Shown: piece after piece, positions 1-14,462 of the stretch
How the letters are laid out: each line of letters opens with the position of its first letter
Numbering within the stretch: the first letter of the stretch is position 1
From: Octopus vulgaris
Lineage: Eukaryota
Reading direction: 5' to 3'
NCBI GenBank assembly: GCA_951406725.2
Contig: OX597818.1
Location: 44,082,001-44,146,000 of the forward strand
Length of the DNA: 64,000 nucleotides
Translations under genes and position numbers: made by a program
Notes under the pieces: model-generated
Seen by the model: only the letters and a program-made list of their open reading frames with translations
The model's database searches: none
Told to the model about the DNA's origin: nothing

Positions 1-1295
1 CTTGAGTAATGCTGCGATGGACTGGCATCCCGTCCAGCTGGGGGGAACACATACGCCACAGAAACCGGGAAACCGGGCCCATGGGCCTGGCTAGGCTTGA
101 AAAAGGACACATAAATAAATAAATAAATAAATAAATGCCAAATTAGTGATAAGGAAACCACAAAAAATAAGAAAAAAAAACGCAAAAGAGCTTAACCCAG
201 TGGACATTGTACTCAATTTTGTTGGTTTGAAATTATTTTCATATGACCTTCATGTACTTGGATACACAAAAGGTACAATAATAAACCCCTATAGAGCTTG
301 ATGGTAATGTAAATGTTACCTAAACTTTACTTGGAAGCTGATCCAAGATTCCCTCTAATAATGAAGCAAGTAGTAACCCATTTATGCTAGATGTGATTTC
401 ACAGGAAATTAAGAGTTTTACAGATTGTGGTTATTGACAAGTGCAAAACACACACATATATTAAGATAAGAATTGCAGGGGTGGGTGGGGGATAGTATAT
501 TCTTACAGCTCAATAACATCTGCAGGTTCAGAGAAATATAATCTTACACAATGATTAAGCTGTTCAGCTCTCAAGTTAAAGTGATTGTTGTATGGGGCAA
601 GAAGCTTCAGAGATAATGCTGCCACCACTGCTGTTGCTTAGAAAGTGCAGTCATTCACTAACAGATGACTCAAAAAAATTCCTCCAAATCCACTGCCCAG
701 ATTCTATAAGCAGAGAACAGAAATTCCCCAGAAAGGATCTGGAGCGGGAATGGATACACACTACAGAAATATTCCATTGCCTGAACTTGATAAACTCCAA
801 AACAGGAAGGAAACAAAAAAAAAAAAAAAAAAAGTAACATGTGGTTAAAAAAGATAGTAACAGTAAGCAGAGACAGAGGTGGGAACAGTCAGAGGAGATG
901 GCCCAGGATTGAAAGCTTCACATGCTGCCACTGGTAGTTAATGCTCTACCAGAGGTGATACACAATCAGATGGTGAATAGCCTCTCCACCCTACCTTCTC
1001 CTTGCAGTTAATCTAATAAACTTGTTTAAGACCACTTCTGGTAATATACAACAACTTCTATTAGCATGCCAATTTTTCCATTAACCTTTGGTCATCAATA
1101 ATAAATAGGCTAAATATTTCAATAATGAATGAAACACTTTAAAAAGTTAAACTCTGTAATGTAGAGTACAATGTAACAGGTCCATAATAAATAATTGTAA
1201 TTTCAGCACAAAGCCAGCGATTTTGAGGGGAGAGATAAATTAGTGATATTGGCCGCAATGCTCAGTTGGTACTTATTCTAACAACCCTGAAAGTC

Positions 1296-1550
1296 GTTCA
1301 TCATCGTTTAGCGTCCGCTTTCCATGCTGGCATGGGTTGGACGGTTCAACTGGGGTCTGGGAAGCCAGAAGGCTGCACCAGGCCCAGTCTGATCTGGCAA
1401 TGTTTCTACGGCTGGATGCCCTTCCTAACGCCAACCACTCTAAGAGTGTAGTGGGTGCTTTTTACGTGCCACCAGCACAGGTGCCAGACGAGGCTGGCAA
1501 ACGGCCACGATCGGATGGTGCTTTTTACGTGCCACCGGCACAGAGGCCAG
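1296..1550 (-). mobile_element. (ATG)n-tailed module copy nested in another SINE
   Basis: Same core. The flanks (ctgaaag / gatgaaagg..aaagttgacc) rejoin into the GGCGGTGAGCTGG-family SINE. Confidence 0.85.
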
Positions 1551-4453
1551 ATGAAAGGTAAAAAAGTTGACCTCAGCAGCGTTTGAACTCAACTCAAAGA
1601 GCTGGAAGAAATACTGCTACGCATTTTTTCCAGCGGAGTAATGATTCTGCCAACTCATCATCATTTATTATAAATAATAACTAGAAATAGGCAGCAGTAT
1701 AATTGTGTGATTAAGACATTTACTCCACAATTCTTGGCTCTAAGTTCGATCATTGAGTGGGACTTTGGGCAAAGTGTCAACGACTGCAGTTTTGAATTGA
1801 CAAATACCTTATTAGTGGAATGAAGTAGATAAAAATTGAACAAAAGCTCAGTGTGTGTGTATTCCAGGTGATCATTCTTACCCTCACTTCTAAGTATGAG
1901 TAGCCATGTAGCTCCTCTGCAAGAAAGAACCTGCTCTGGCCTCTTTCCTCATACTTTAACCTCTCATCTATTTGCATAAAACTGACAAGCCGCTCCACTC
2001 AGGATTCAGAGTCTTGCAAGCTGTATGGTGACCTTACAAGTGGTGGTGGCATGAAAAAAGTAACCACTACACTGTAAAGTGGTTGGTGTTGGGAAAGGCA
2101 TCAAGCCATAGAAACAATGCCAAGGCAGATGTTGGAGTATGATGCTATTCTTGGGCTCACTGAATCCTGCCAAACCATTCAACCTATGACTGCATGGAAC
2201 ATGGACGTTAAATGATGATGAGATGTGTGTGTGAGGCTGTGTATATACTGACATCTTCTGCCTTGTAACTGAGATGTTTAACAAATAGGGGTCCATAAAA
2301 TAAAATATGAATGAATACTGGGGGTTAATATGACTTAACAGTACACTGACTGAAACTAACAAAAATAAAAAAAATATAGAGTTCAGTTTAGTACAGTTGT
2401 TTGAAACAAAAGCTTGGCTAGTTATTTGGAACTAAAGTTTGAAGGATTTTTTTGAATAAAAGTTTGAACTTTTAAGATGCTCCAAACTATATTTTTAAGA
2501 AGATTTTTTTAAATATATATTCAGTTACTGAAGAAATGGAAATATCAAGAGACCGATATAGGAATTGGAAAAACCAAAATCAATACTCACAAAAACAAAG
2601 ATTTTTTTTATTTATTTGTTTTTGTTTTACTGACATCATAACAAAATAAGCCACAGAAAAATCTGACTACATACTGTAGCACAGCAGGGCAAGGTGACTT
2701 AATGGCTCTTGTGATAGGTCAATAATAATCCCATTATGTGTGGGCAGTTTCGTGAATGTGTGTGTGGGTGGAGGTGAAGAACAATGATGTAAAATATTTC
2801 CATAAAAAAAGAAAAGAAAAGGAAAATGCTATAACAAAGTCAATTGATCCCTATTTTATAAGCAGCAGCAGTAGTAACTTCAGCATACAAACAACAATTA
2901 CGTTACCCAAAGTTTCTATAAACACCCCCACCACAAAAAAAAACCCCCAGTATTTTTGAATAAATATTCTTCTTGTAGATGTATTCTGTTTTGACTACCA
3001 AGGAAAACATATAACAATATCCTAAATAATGTTCCATTTTTATTCCTGTTTACATAAGAAGGATATCTATCTTTTAATGTGTAGTGAGACCAATTTCTAT
3101 TATAGCATATTGGAGTTGACTAGTCTCTTACAGGCTCACCATGTTAATTTGTAATGATTGGTTGTCTTATCTATCATGTGAGTTTAGAACATTGGTTGAA
3201 TTCTGTGCTTTGATTGGTCAAGTATTGCACAGGATATGGATTGAGGATCCAATCACATTGTGAATAATACATTCTCACACAACTAATCTGAATCTGTGCT
3301 GGAGCCTACCTGTTTATATATGGGCTCAACAAAACATCTATGCCAGAGGGGCGGGCAATTTTCATGAAGGCACGACAAGTTATTTTCCTGCCATTATAAC
3401 AAAGCACGAGTAACCAACGGCAGCCAGAGCTGAATTATCCAAACAATGAATGAACTATACAACCACCAGAATCTGTGATGTGTTTATTTTGTCCATTGTA
3501 TTACTTAACAGAGGAAGAAAGTCTTGCTGTTATTTTTAAAGTTTGTTTCTCATATTATTTCCATGAGTGAACACGCAATATGTTATATAATGGAGTGCCT
3601 GTGTGCTAAGTAGCTTGCTTACCAACCACATGGTTCCGGGTTCAGTCCCACTGCGTCACACCTTGGGCAAGTGTCTTCTACTATAGTCTAGGGCCGACCA
3701 AAGCCTTGTGAGTGGATTTGGTAGATGGAAACTGAAAAGGGGCCCGTCGTATATATGTATATATATATGTGTGTATATATTTGTGTGTTTGTGTTTGTCC
3801 TCCCCCCCAACATTGCTTAACAACCGATGCTGGTGTGTTTATATCTCCGTAACTTAGCGGTTCAGCAAAAGAGACCAATAGAATATGTACTAGGCTTACA
3901 AAGAATAAGTCCTGGGATCGATTTGCTCGACTAAGGGCGGTGCTCCAGCATGGCCACAGTCAAATGACTGAAACAAGTAAAAGAGTAATGGTATGCAAGA
4001 TTCCGTGGTAAAACCAAGGGAGATTTATACCAACACTACAAAAAATGTCTTGTTATATGGCTACAGGTATGTTTGTATGGTTAAGAATCCTGCATTACAA
4101 CTATGTGGTCCAGGTTTGATCCCAATGCAAAGTATCTCGGGTTGGTGTCAAAACAAGGTGACACAAGCATTCACACTCATATAGATACATATATGACAAG
4201 TTTTTATTAGTTTTTAGCTAGCAGAGGTTTTAGTTGGCTTGAGGCTATAATAGAAGAGATTTTGCCCAAGTGCCATGCAGTGGCACTGAACCCGAAACCC
4301 TATGGTTGGGAATAAAATTTCAAACTTAATAATTTTGTGTTTTATAAACACTTTTTGATGTTACTGGCAGATAGCAGTTTAACCTACTTAACAAAAGCTT
4401 CAAGTCAGCTTTATACTGGGCTAGGTATTAAAAAGATAATGTAGTTAATATTG

Positions 4454-4461
4454 GAGAGAGA

Positions 4462-4541
<80 letters not shown>
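4454..4541. repeat. (GA)n microsatellite
   Basis: Directly visible. Confidence 0.97.
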
Positions 4542-4542
<1 letters not shown>

Positions 4543-6734
4543 GGGGGTTCTCTTTTAGATACATGTATTTGCTGATATATTCAGCTAAACATGAGCTTTA
4601 AACCATGTGTGAAACTGTTCAGAGATTACCGGGGAAAATGTTCTAGTGTAGTTTCTTTCCCTGTAGGGCCTCTGGTATTTTAAAAGAAAACCCAAATAAA
4701 GTAATGGTTAAGAACAAAACTAAGATACTGACTCAAAAATAATATGAAAATCAAATCTGAGTAGACATGAAGACATTTGACTTACTGACAAAAAAAATAA
4801 TCTAGAAATCAATTTTAAACAATTTAAGAGTCTAATAAATATCACCTAGATTCAAATGAACACCATACGTTTTTTAGCTTCTGAATGAAAACAAGCATAC
4901 AATAAAAGATTATTCTATTCTTAAAGAAGTATTCAGGGCTTTGTTCTATTTTGTTTTCTAAATTTTTCTGAAAAATCACAATGGATGAAAAAACAAATAT
5001 AAAATCAATTTACTACAGAAAAAAAAAGTGAAAGAAAGAATTAAGAAAAGAGGCTTGGCTTTAATTTTAGCAAATGAAAGTCATTTACCAAATAATACTG
5101 GCAGACATTGAAAGCCGCACATATCACAAGTATAAAACAGCAATATAAACTACTAGCTGAAAGGCACAACCACTATCTTGTCTATGACCAATTCAAAAAG
5201 CCTAAACAGCTCATGAGCTGAAGAGGGACTCCCTCTAATATCACCTTACTGTCTTCGAAAGGAAAGGAAATGTTGGATAGTGCAGTGTTGGATACACTGA
5301 ATTATATGAGATGATCATGGCTTGAATATATAATCAAAGATTTACCCATCTAAAGACAACTTAGAGTAACACAGAAACTCAATAACCCAGTCCATCTGTC
5401 TGTATGTAGGTCTCATGTAGTAGTATTGGGTTACTGATGTAAGTAGTAGCACTATAAAACTGACAAGTGTTTTGTTAGATTTCAACACAGTTCAATTCCT
5501 GCTAGTCTAGTTTGGAAAAAGATGAGTATTGTGAAGATGATTTGACCTAAATACATACATACATACATACATACAAAAAAAAAATTCAGTGTTCACAAAA
5601 TTTTCATAGTGATTAAATAGATTAATGGACTTCTCATTAATTAACAGATATGAGTTGTTAAAAATTATTATTGGAAAACTAATAAAACATTGCCATAATT
5701 TGACTTTCGTGTATAGAAACACATAAAAATGATCTTCTATTGCAAATATATTAGCTGAAGTTAAAATTTTGAATGAAACAAATCTCGTTTTGTTTTTGAA
5801 AAGCATGTCAGATAGACAAGCAATTCCATAGAAAACTATCACAAATAAACATATAAGCAATTCTATAGACACAACTATCACACAGAGAAATTTCCAATAC
5901 TGTATTTATCTATTCAAAGAATGTAACTTTAGAGTGTGAATTCTATGACTTCTTCCAATCACTAAAATCAAAGAAACTGCTCAAAGTTTATTAAATTTTT
6001 ATTGCATTTTCTTTCAAAAATGAAATTTCAAACTTTCAGAAATATTTAAACTTTTGGGACTACTGCATTCAAAGATTTGCTACATACAGCAAAAACACTT
6101 ATTTAAAAAAAGAAATTTTGTTTCTTCTCTGGTTTTCTAATTTTAGAGAATTCAATAAAAATTTTAAATCATTTAGAATCTGGCTGTTGAAAATATTTTA
6201 GTCAATAAAATGCAAATACAAGATAATTATCTACTGAAAGAGATCAATAACAAATTACAAGCCTTATGTGTCAAATGAAGCTAGAAGTTATCAATAATTA
6301 ATAGCATTACAAGAGAAATTTCAAATTTTCTTTTTGAAAATTTTCACTTTTGTTTATACATCATATGTCCTTGCTAATGAATGATTCAATTATTTTTCAT
6401 AAAGAACATGTGGTAGATAATTGGTTTTAGATCTTCAATAACATAATGAAACAGATTTGAACAGCCTCAATACATCTGCTGAGGAGTTGTCATAAGGCTG
6501 AGCACAGATGCTAAATAACTCAAACACAACTATAGTCATAGCAGAAGTGGTATGAGATCAGCTGTAACTAATGCCAGCACAAATAAACATCTATAACTAA
6601 TATCAGTGCAACCACACATCTGTACCCAACACCAACATGGCTGTTGTCAGCTTCGACAGTTAATAAACAGCTGTAGCCATCTCCAGTGCAGTTACTAAAC
6701 AGCTGTAGTCAATTCCAATACAGTTACTTTGCAG

Positions 6735-7050
6735 GCCTTCCGAGACTGACAAGGTGAGGCCAATGCAGTTAATATTCTTCTTGAACTTGAAGTGAATGGT
6801 TGCAAGGAGGAAGGGGGAAAACACCACAATGACAACTCGTGCAGAAAGGAATTCCAGAGGGGTGAAACTCTGAGGAAAAAAGGGGTGAGCAAAGTGGTTA
6901 GTATAGGGCTTGAGGATGAGTGGTAGACCAGTACTGATGATGAGAGGAAGGGGCTACAAGTGAGTCAGAAGCGACTGCATAGAAAGAGCATGAGATTAGC
7001 AACATTTTATGAGCAGGGTACTATTGTAGTAATAGAATAGGTAAGAAGAA
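6735..7050 (-). mobile_element. CR1/Jockey-like LINE 3' remnant
   Basis: FFLRVSPLWNSF...FPPSSLQPF resembles the FF.R...LWN.LP C-terminal motif. Confidence 0.6.
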
Positions 7051-8413
7051 AAAGAAAACATTAGCTAAATGCTTAGGTGGTGGTGACAACTTTGAAATCA
7101 TAATTAGTCAAAATTAGAATTATGGCTGTGGCAAAGGTAAGAAAACATAAGCACAAGAGCTAATATTAATTTTATCTGAACTTTTGGCAAGCAGTGAACA
7201 CCAGTAGAGTCACTAAACAGCAGTAACCAGCTCTAAATAACTCACTAACACCACTACAGCCAAATTTAACAGCTGTAGTTAATAGTTGCATAACTGTTAA
7301 ATAGTGTTGTGTGGGGACCAGCATGTCAAAAAAAAAAAAAAAAACCTGTTTCCTCTGTGTGTCATAAAAGGTGACTAAAAGAGGTTGAGGTAGGATTTGC
7401 ATAATGACTTTGTAAAACCCTCCCCAGCATCAACTACCCAAACAGACCCATGGGTTGGAGGGTTGTACCTGAGTGGTGAAAAGGTGTCATGCTGTCAGGT
7501 GTAGGGAATTGCCAACAAACAGTGGATGCAGTGATGCACTATTACAGCACCCAGTACACTCTGTAAAACAGTCAGCATTAGAGAGGACTTCAGCTGTTGA
7601 AATCATGCCAAAACTGGAACTTGGCACAACCCTCAGGTTTCTTGGTTCCTGTTGAACCATCCAATCCATGCAAGTATAGAAATGATGATGATGCTATAAA
7701 AGCTCATAATATACACAATTTTTAGCTACTATGTTATAAATATAAACAACAATTTAAGTTTATCAAATTGTAATCAATATCAAGGCAACAACTGGTTAAA
7801 ATCATTAGCTCAAAGATGAAAAGAAAATATCAGACAATTTGACTTCAATGGTATGTGGATAATGAAATAAAAGAGCATTTATAAATATAAAATACATATA
7901 TAATGATTATTTGAAATCAGATGGTTTTAAAAATAAGAATCTCATGTGCTATCAAATAGTTGAATGGTTGAGATCATCTAAGCGAACGGTTTAGCTTAAC
8001 TTCCATGAATTTGTTGTTTTCCTCTAGAATGAGTCATCGTCATTAATTGAATACTCACACTGGTGAAGAATACAGTGACATATATTGACAACCGACTATT
8101 CTGAATCATGTTCTAAGTCCTAATATCAAAGTTCTGATATTACATGATTGTTCCATCCGAACCCTACTTCAGCTGTCTTCTACTACCAGCTCACATCAGT
8201 TTTTCACCAAACAAACATGCTTTAACTGTTCAATCATCTCTTTTTAGAACACTAATCTGTAGTTCTGATTGTCAATTTATTTCTCAACTGATACTCAACC
8301 TAACCTCAAGTTTACATTGCACAAGAAGCAAACCAAACTCAGTTAATTTCCTAGTAACATTTAAAAAAAAATTTTAGTATTAATGTTTAGCTACTATATG
8401 GTCTCATCTTTAA

Positions 8414-8590
8414 CCCTTTCGTTACCAACCCGACTGAAACCGGCTCTGGCTCCGAGTACAAATGTCTTGTTTTCATAAGATTTGAATTAAAATCTTCCAC
8501 CAAACCTTAGTCACAATTTATGTTCCTAACACTAGCTTAATGATAACTAAGTTATTTTACTAAATTCTTCGTAATATTTAAAGTAATTGA
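8414..8590. mobile_element. piggyBac-type MITE, truncated copy
   Basis: TTAA|CCCTTTCGTTACC and the same internal sequence. No second end found. Confidence 0.8.
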
Positions 8591-9829
8591 GCCTTAATAG
8601 AAACATATGTATTAACAAGAGAAAGGCATAAAGTAGTATTTGATGAAGAATAGTGTGAAGTGTGCCTGTCAATTTCAGATCCAGAGTGAAGCATATCTTG
8701 ACATATAATTGCAGTACATAATCACATTTTAATACTGGGAAGTTAATTAACAGCAGACCTATGCATAGAGCATTAAGTATACTAACAGAATGTCAACACA
8801 GTCAGGCTCTAAAAACAAGCAAAATTTCTTAGCCTTTTTCTTTCTTAACTGTCACCAAGAAAAATAGATCTTAATTTTAATAACCCAGTAGTTTAGAGGA
8901 AGAGCCGAAAGCACTCGGGTCTATTATTATTTTTACTAAATAATAGCTGCAGAAGTATATCTTCATTGGCAGTGAAATTATGGGAGAGAAAAAAAAAAAC
9001 AAATCAGAGGAACATGAATGAGACAATAAAACAAAAAAAAAAAACAAAAACAAATCCTAGCCCAACATCTGTTGCCAATTTAAAAGATAATTATAAACTT
9101 TTAACAAATTTACGAGCTGTTTTGTCTACACTATCATATAAAGTTTGTTTAGTTTTTATGAGACATTTTATTAACGGTTATGACAACCAATTCTTCATAA
9201 AAGCACACTGTGACCTAATTTGTAACTAATACTACTTAGTTTCTCACAATTTACATATCACTGATACTTCTTGTAAGAAATATCTTTCCACAGAATGATT
9301 ATAAAGTACAATATATTCAGTAAAAAAGCAATGTTCAAAACGGATAGTTTACAGATGAAAGACATATGGAATTCCAGCCATGTCAAATAAAATCTACTAA
9401 ATGCTCACACCACTGAAGCAAATGAATATATTTTAAAGAAATTTTTTCTTTAACTTCCCAAGGAAGGCTATTATGGGGTCAAATTTACTGCAATGTTTTA
9501 TGATGCAAAATTGTGAAAATTGATTAATGTAATATATATCATAAGAACATTTTGTTTGTGAAACACAATGATCTACTCTATATAAAGATATATTAAAACT
9601 AATTGGATATGTTTCATAATGCTTTTCTTTTCTTTTTTTACATCAATGTTAATAAAAATAAAAAGCAAAAATGAGGCGGCTGCATGGTAAGAAGCTTGCT
9701 TCCCAACTACATGGTTCCAGGTTCAGTCCCACTGCATGGTAGCTTGGGCAAATGTCTTCTAATATAGCCTCAGACTAACTCAGAAACTGAAAGAAGCCTA
9801 TTGTATATATATATATATATATATATATA

Positions 9830-10186
9830 CACCAAAATTACGACTAACAGACGACGACCAAGAATCACTTCTGCTGCTCCCATTGGAACACAAGGTAAAA
9901 TCTATAATGAACTCTCCACTACACTCGACAAAACAGTAAGGAACGACTATGGATTTTTTCCATTATACTCTTTATAATATATTTGATAAGGTTCGCCTTT
10001 TTAAGAACATGGATTCTATTGAATGTATATAGCATGGATTCTATTGAATGTATGTAACAATTATGAACTGTTCCATTATACTGTTTATTATAAATTTTTT
10101 TGATAAGGTTCGTTATTTCAAGAACCGAAACATGTAAAATTAAAATTTATCTAATATAGTGGCGTTTTCAAACTTCTTTTTTACAA

Positions 10187-10190
<4 letters not shown>
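9830..10190 (+). mobile_element. Penelope-like terminal fragment inserted in the (TA)n of a SINE
   Basis: Partial tandem duplication (TTCCATTATACT...TGATAAGGTTCG twice) and a degenerate hammerhead motif at ~10095-10140. Confidence 0.5.
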
Positions 10191-10258
<68 letters not shown>

Positions 10259-11421
10259 CTATGTGTGTGTGTCTTTGCGTCTGTCCACCCATCATCACTT
10301 GACAACCGGTGTTGGTGTGTTTACATCCCCATAACTTAGCAGTTCAGCAAAAAGACTTGTAGAATAGGTACTAGGCTTAAAAATAAGTCCTGTGTCAAAT
10401 TGTTTAACAAAAACCACTTCAAAGCAGTAAATTTTTATTATTGGTATAGAAAAGTTTTGAGCAGATTAATTAGACATTAAATATCGCACTAAATATGGGT
10501 GCTAGCTCAGCAATAATTCATAAAGCCATATGTCTTCTCAGCCTACAAAAATAATTTTAATATTAGGTCAAGGTAGCCGTTTTACTGAACTTAGGAAAAC
10601 TTGGCTCGGCCCTCTATGTTTTAAGCTCAAATTCTGCTAGAGTTAAATGCTTTTCATCACCTTGGCAACCTACAAAGTAAATAGAAGTACCAGTTATATA
10701 CTAAATCTGGGACTCGACTGACAGTATACTTCACCGCTTCAACAGTTGGCCATGTGCCTAAAACAAAAACAAACTAACTATCAACATCAGAATCACACAC
10801 ACAATGTAATTATTATGCAATTCTCAAAAAACTAGAGAGCATGCCAAATTCATTCATTGTGGGAAAAAAACCTGTTCTTGTGCTCCAGTTGGATGAAATA
10901 AATGGAGTTTAGATATGAATTTGACAACTTATTTAAAATATAAATAGATTACAGGAATGAAGGCCGATTCAATATCAGTTGAAGCCATGCTGTTTTATTG
11001 AACCTAGGAAAACACACACACACATAGAATTCAGTAATTGATCAACAACATGGCTTCTCATAAAATGTAAAATGCATTACATTAGACAATGTATTTATGT
11101 AATGACTAAAAATAACACATATAGTAAAAGGGAATAAATCAGGATAGTAAGAAAATTAAAAGTAATAATATATAAAAGCAAGATAAGACATATGTACCAT
11201 AAACTTAAAAATGTACTGTAAAGAAACAAGACTGAAAATATTCCTGTGTGTTTTAACTTTCCTCTTTGGTTTGTTTTTTTTTCCTATTATTTCTCTCACT
11301 GTAACCAGAAATAGAGATACTAGAAGTGGATTGATGTAAATATATTAGATATATGGCCAGGCCAGTATTTTCAGTTTCCAGCAAAAAGAGCAAATGTTAA
11401 GATATTCTTGTCACTAATTAA

Positions 11422-11821
11422 TCTTTATATATAAAAGAGAGGTTGTGTGTCTGTCTCCTACAATTTAGATTCCTAACTACTCCCACATTTTGCGGTGCAG
11501 TTTAACCAAAACCGGGTATCTTATAGTCGTGATTCATATCGAGCCCTTCTGGGTATTAACGCACGTCTATGATGAGTCTACGATTTAAAAAAAAAATTTA
11601 CCATCATTTTTTTCCATTTTAATGCATTTTTTCGCTATTATATAAGGGAAGTAGTTCTCTAAAAATGTCTACGATGAGTCAACGATTTAAAAAGAAAATT
11701 TACCATAATTTTTTTTCCATTTTTAATGCATTTTGTTGCTATTTTTTGGCTATAACTCTCTAAAAATGCTTATATAGTTATTTCCCTTACAAACTCGAGC
11801 AACGCCGGGCGATACTGCTAG
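11422..11821 (+). mobile_element. Non-autonomous Helitron
   Basis: A^TC start, 3' GC-rich hairpin CTCGAGCAACGCCGGG, CTAG^T end, no TSD. Homologous to 19907-20415. Confidence 0.88.
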
Positions 11822-13444
11822 TTAAATCTAAAAAGTTTATGAACCATCAACAAATAAACAATAGCATAAAGGAGAATTTCAAGATCTTGTGGTGGTCTCA
11901 CTGAGTAATAGAAAGAAAGAGTAGAAAAGGATGAGCTTAGGCTCTAGAGGCCAGACTTTAATTACATGCAAAAGTGGCCTGTAATATAATATCTATTGTT
12001 TCTATATAAACTTCTTGCTGTAGGTATTAGATAATGATTACTGAGTATTATTTTACATATGGGAATGAGTTAGTAAACACAGTAAGTTCAGGAGTTAATG
12101 GATTCCTGGAAAGCATGTACAAGAGCAAGATATTGAAATTTGTTTATGCATAAAATATTTGTGAAACAAGTAATTTCATTATTGTTTTTTTTTTAATGCA
12201 GTACTTCATCTCTTAACTTCCTCTGTCACACATGGCTGCATCAATCAGCCAGTTGTGAAATGCATGTACTAACCTTATTTACACTCATTTTGAAGGAAGT
12301 GAGAAACCCTCTAGTGTAAAGGAGGAAACTCTAATACCTTTCTTTAGCATTTTTATTCTTGTTCTAAAAATGGGATCATTACAGGACTGGGTTTTTCACT
12401 TAGAAAATTTTCAGTAGGATGTTAAGAATTACATAGTGCTGACAATAATATAGATCAGGGCTCTGCAACAAGTATGGCACAGCACACTGGTGTGCCACAA
12501 GATGATACTAGGTGTGCTGCAAGATCTTGAAAAGATTATAAGTGTATTGCAAGTGAAAAAAAAGTCACAGAGCACGGCTATAGATCAAGAGAACACCACC
12601 ATTCCACAAAAAAAAAAAAAAAAAAAAGCCAAAAGCAGATCCCACAAGACTTGCAGATCAAAGTTTTGTGGGAGCTGCTCAGAGATAAAATGGCTTAGAA
12701 TTTTGAGAAGAAAGCGTTATTACCACTCTCTTTGAGAATAATACTTCTTAGAGCAAAACTGAAAATTCAATCCATATAAACAAATAGGAAAGACGATTGC
12801 CAGAACTGGTGAATGACTCATGCATGTATTAGATATTTCACAAGCAGATTATTAGAAGTTAAAGCAGAGATTGTAGGTATTTCTTAACCATAATCTTAAC
12901 TAAACAACTGATAAGGTACCTGCAAGAGTTGGGTCAAGTAGTGAGGTTCACATAAACTGAATGATAGAAAGGCAGAAAGAAAACTGATTACTGGGAAGCA
13001 GAGAAGATTATGTCTTCTTAACAGTAAAATCTAATTAGTCCTTTTCATAAAAAAAAAAGTCAATATTTATCACAAAGGAAATAAAGTATAAATTATAAAT
13101 TACACACCTTACTATACCAGTCTGTAGAGATAATTCCTATGTGAAATGATTTGAAATAGTGTTACTTTTAATACAATGACTAATCAAATATATTTATAAA
13201 CCAATACACACGCAATCTTACTAATTGCATATGTGACAAATTTAACAATCAAATTCTTCTCATGAATGCTAGTCTCTAAAGATTTGTTTTCTCTAACACT
13301 TTCTTCTACCAAGGTTATTTTGTATGCAACATTATGGTGACAAAAAAGATAGAGAACATGACAAACCAAGCTTGGAAACAACAAAATCATCATCAGAACT
13401 AAGATGTTGAAATCAGCTGAATATAAACTGGGAAAACAAATAAC

Positions 13445-13862
13445 GGATCTTTTCGGTTTGAACGGCAGTTTTTTCTAGCGGTGTCATATGAAATTGTCAC
13501 CCATAATTATGAGCCTAGTATCAATCTATTGCATTTCAATCTGTGTTAGAGTTAGGGTTAGGGGTGGGGGGAAGGGTATCTTTTTTCTTCACAAATGTAA
13601 ATAAACCCAATCTGTTTCTTAAACGAGGGACATATTCATATGGCACAGAATGTTTTCACCTCAATAGACGTCTTTGATTGGTTGAAATTGCAGAAATTGA
13701 AGAAAAAACAACAACAAATATCTTACAAACAATAGAATTTTCACAATTAAAGCCAAGAGAAAAAGATGTTTTATAAACACATTCTACCAGTATACGAAGT
13801 TTAAAAGTGTTTAGTTACGTGGAAATTATTTTAAAAAACTGCCGGTCAAACTGAAAAGATCC
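13445..13862. mobile_element. MITE, probably Merlin-like
   Basis: ~30-bp TIR GGATCTTTTCGGTTTGAACGGCAGTTTTTT and exact 8-bp TSD CAAATAAC. Superfamily inferred from GG ends plus 8-9 bp TSD. Confidence 0.85.
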
Positions 13863-14106
13863 CAAATAACAAAAAGAAAAAAGTAACCTCAGAAGCTTAA
13901 AGTAGGTACGATCGTGTGATTAAGAAACCTATTTCCCAACGATGTAGTCTTGTGTTCAATCCCAGTGTATGGTATTTTGAGCAAGAGTCTTCTAAAATAG
14001 TCATGGTCTGATCAAAGCTTCATGAGTGGATTTAGTAGCTAGAAACTGAAAAAAGTCCATTGTATTCTTTTATTCTTGCATTTGCTTCAGCCATGCGGCT
14101 GCCATC

Positions 14107-14462
14107 ATGCATCACCATCAAAATCGATCAACATCAATGGAAATAGTAGCTGTGATACCAGTGCCGATGGCACATAAGAGAACCATCCGAACGTGGCTGT
14201 TGCTAGCGCCGCCCCGTCTGGCTTCCGTGCCGGTGGCACATAAAAAGCACCATCCGATCGTGGCTGTTTGCCAGCCTCATCTGGCACATAAAAAGCACTC
14301 ACTACACTCACAGAGTGGTTGGCATTAGGAAGGGCATCCAGCTGTAGAAACATTGCCAGATCAGACTGGGCCTGGTGCAGCCTTCTGGCTCCCCCGACCC
14401 CAGTTGTACCGTCCAACCCATGCCAGCATGGAAAGCGGACGCTAAACGGTGATGATGATGAT
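14107..14462 (+). mobile_element. (ATG)n-tailed module copy
   Basis: Core motif, internal GTGGCACATAAAAAGCACC repeats, GAT tail. Confidence 0.9.

Noticed and set aside
1266-1561. Recurrent ORFs with LQLDALPNANH / CFYSWMPFL peptides
   Set aside because: Chance frames through the multi-copy 3' module; not a gene family.
3310-3429. Possible minus-strand exon (cag|...|gtagg) with one open frame
   Set aside because: Weak acceptor, no recognisable peptide, and it contains a hAT-TIR-like motif.
13545-13565. TTAGGG telomeric repeat
   Set aside because: Only 2-3 units, internal to the MITE.
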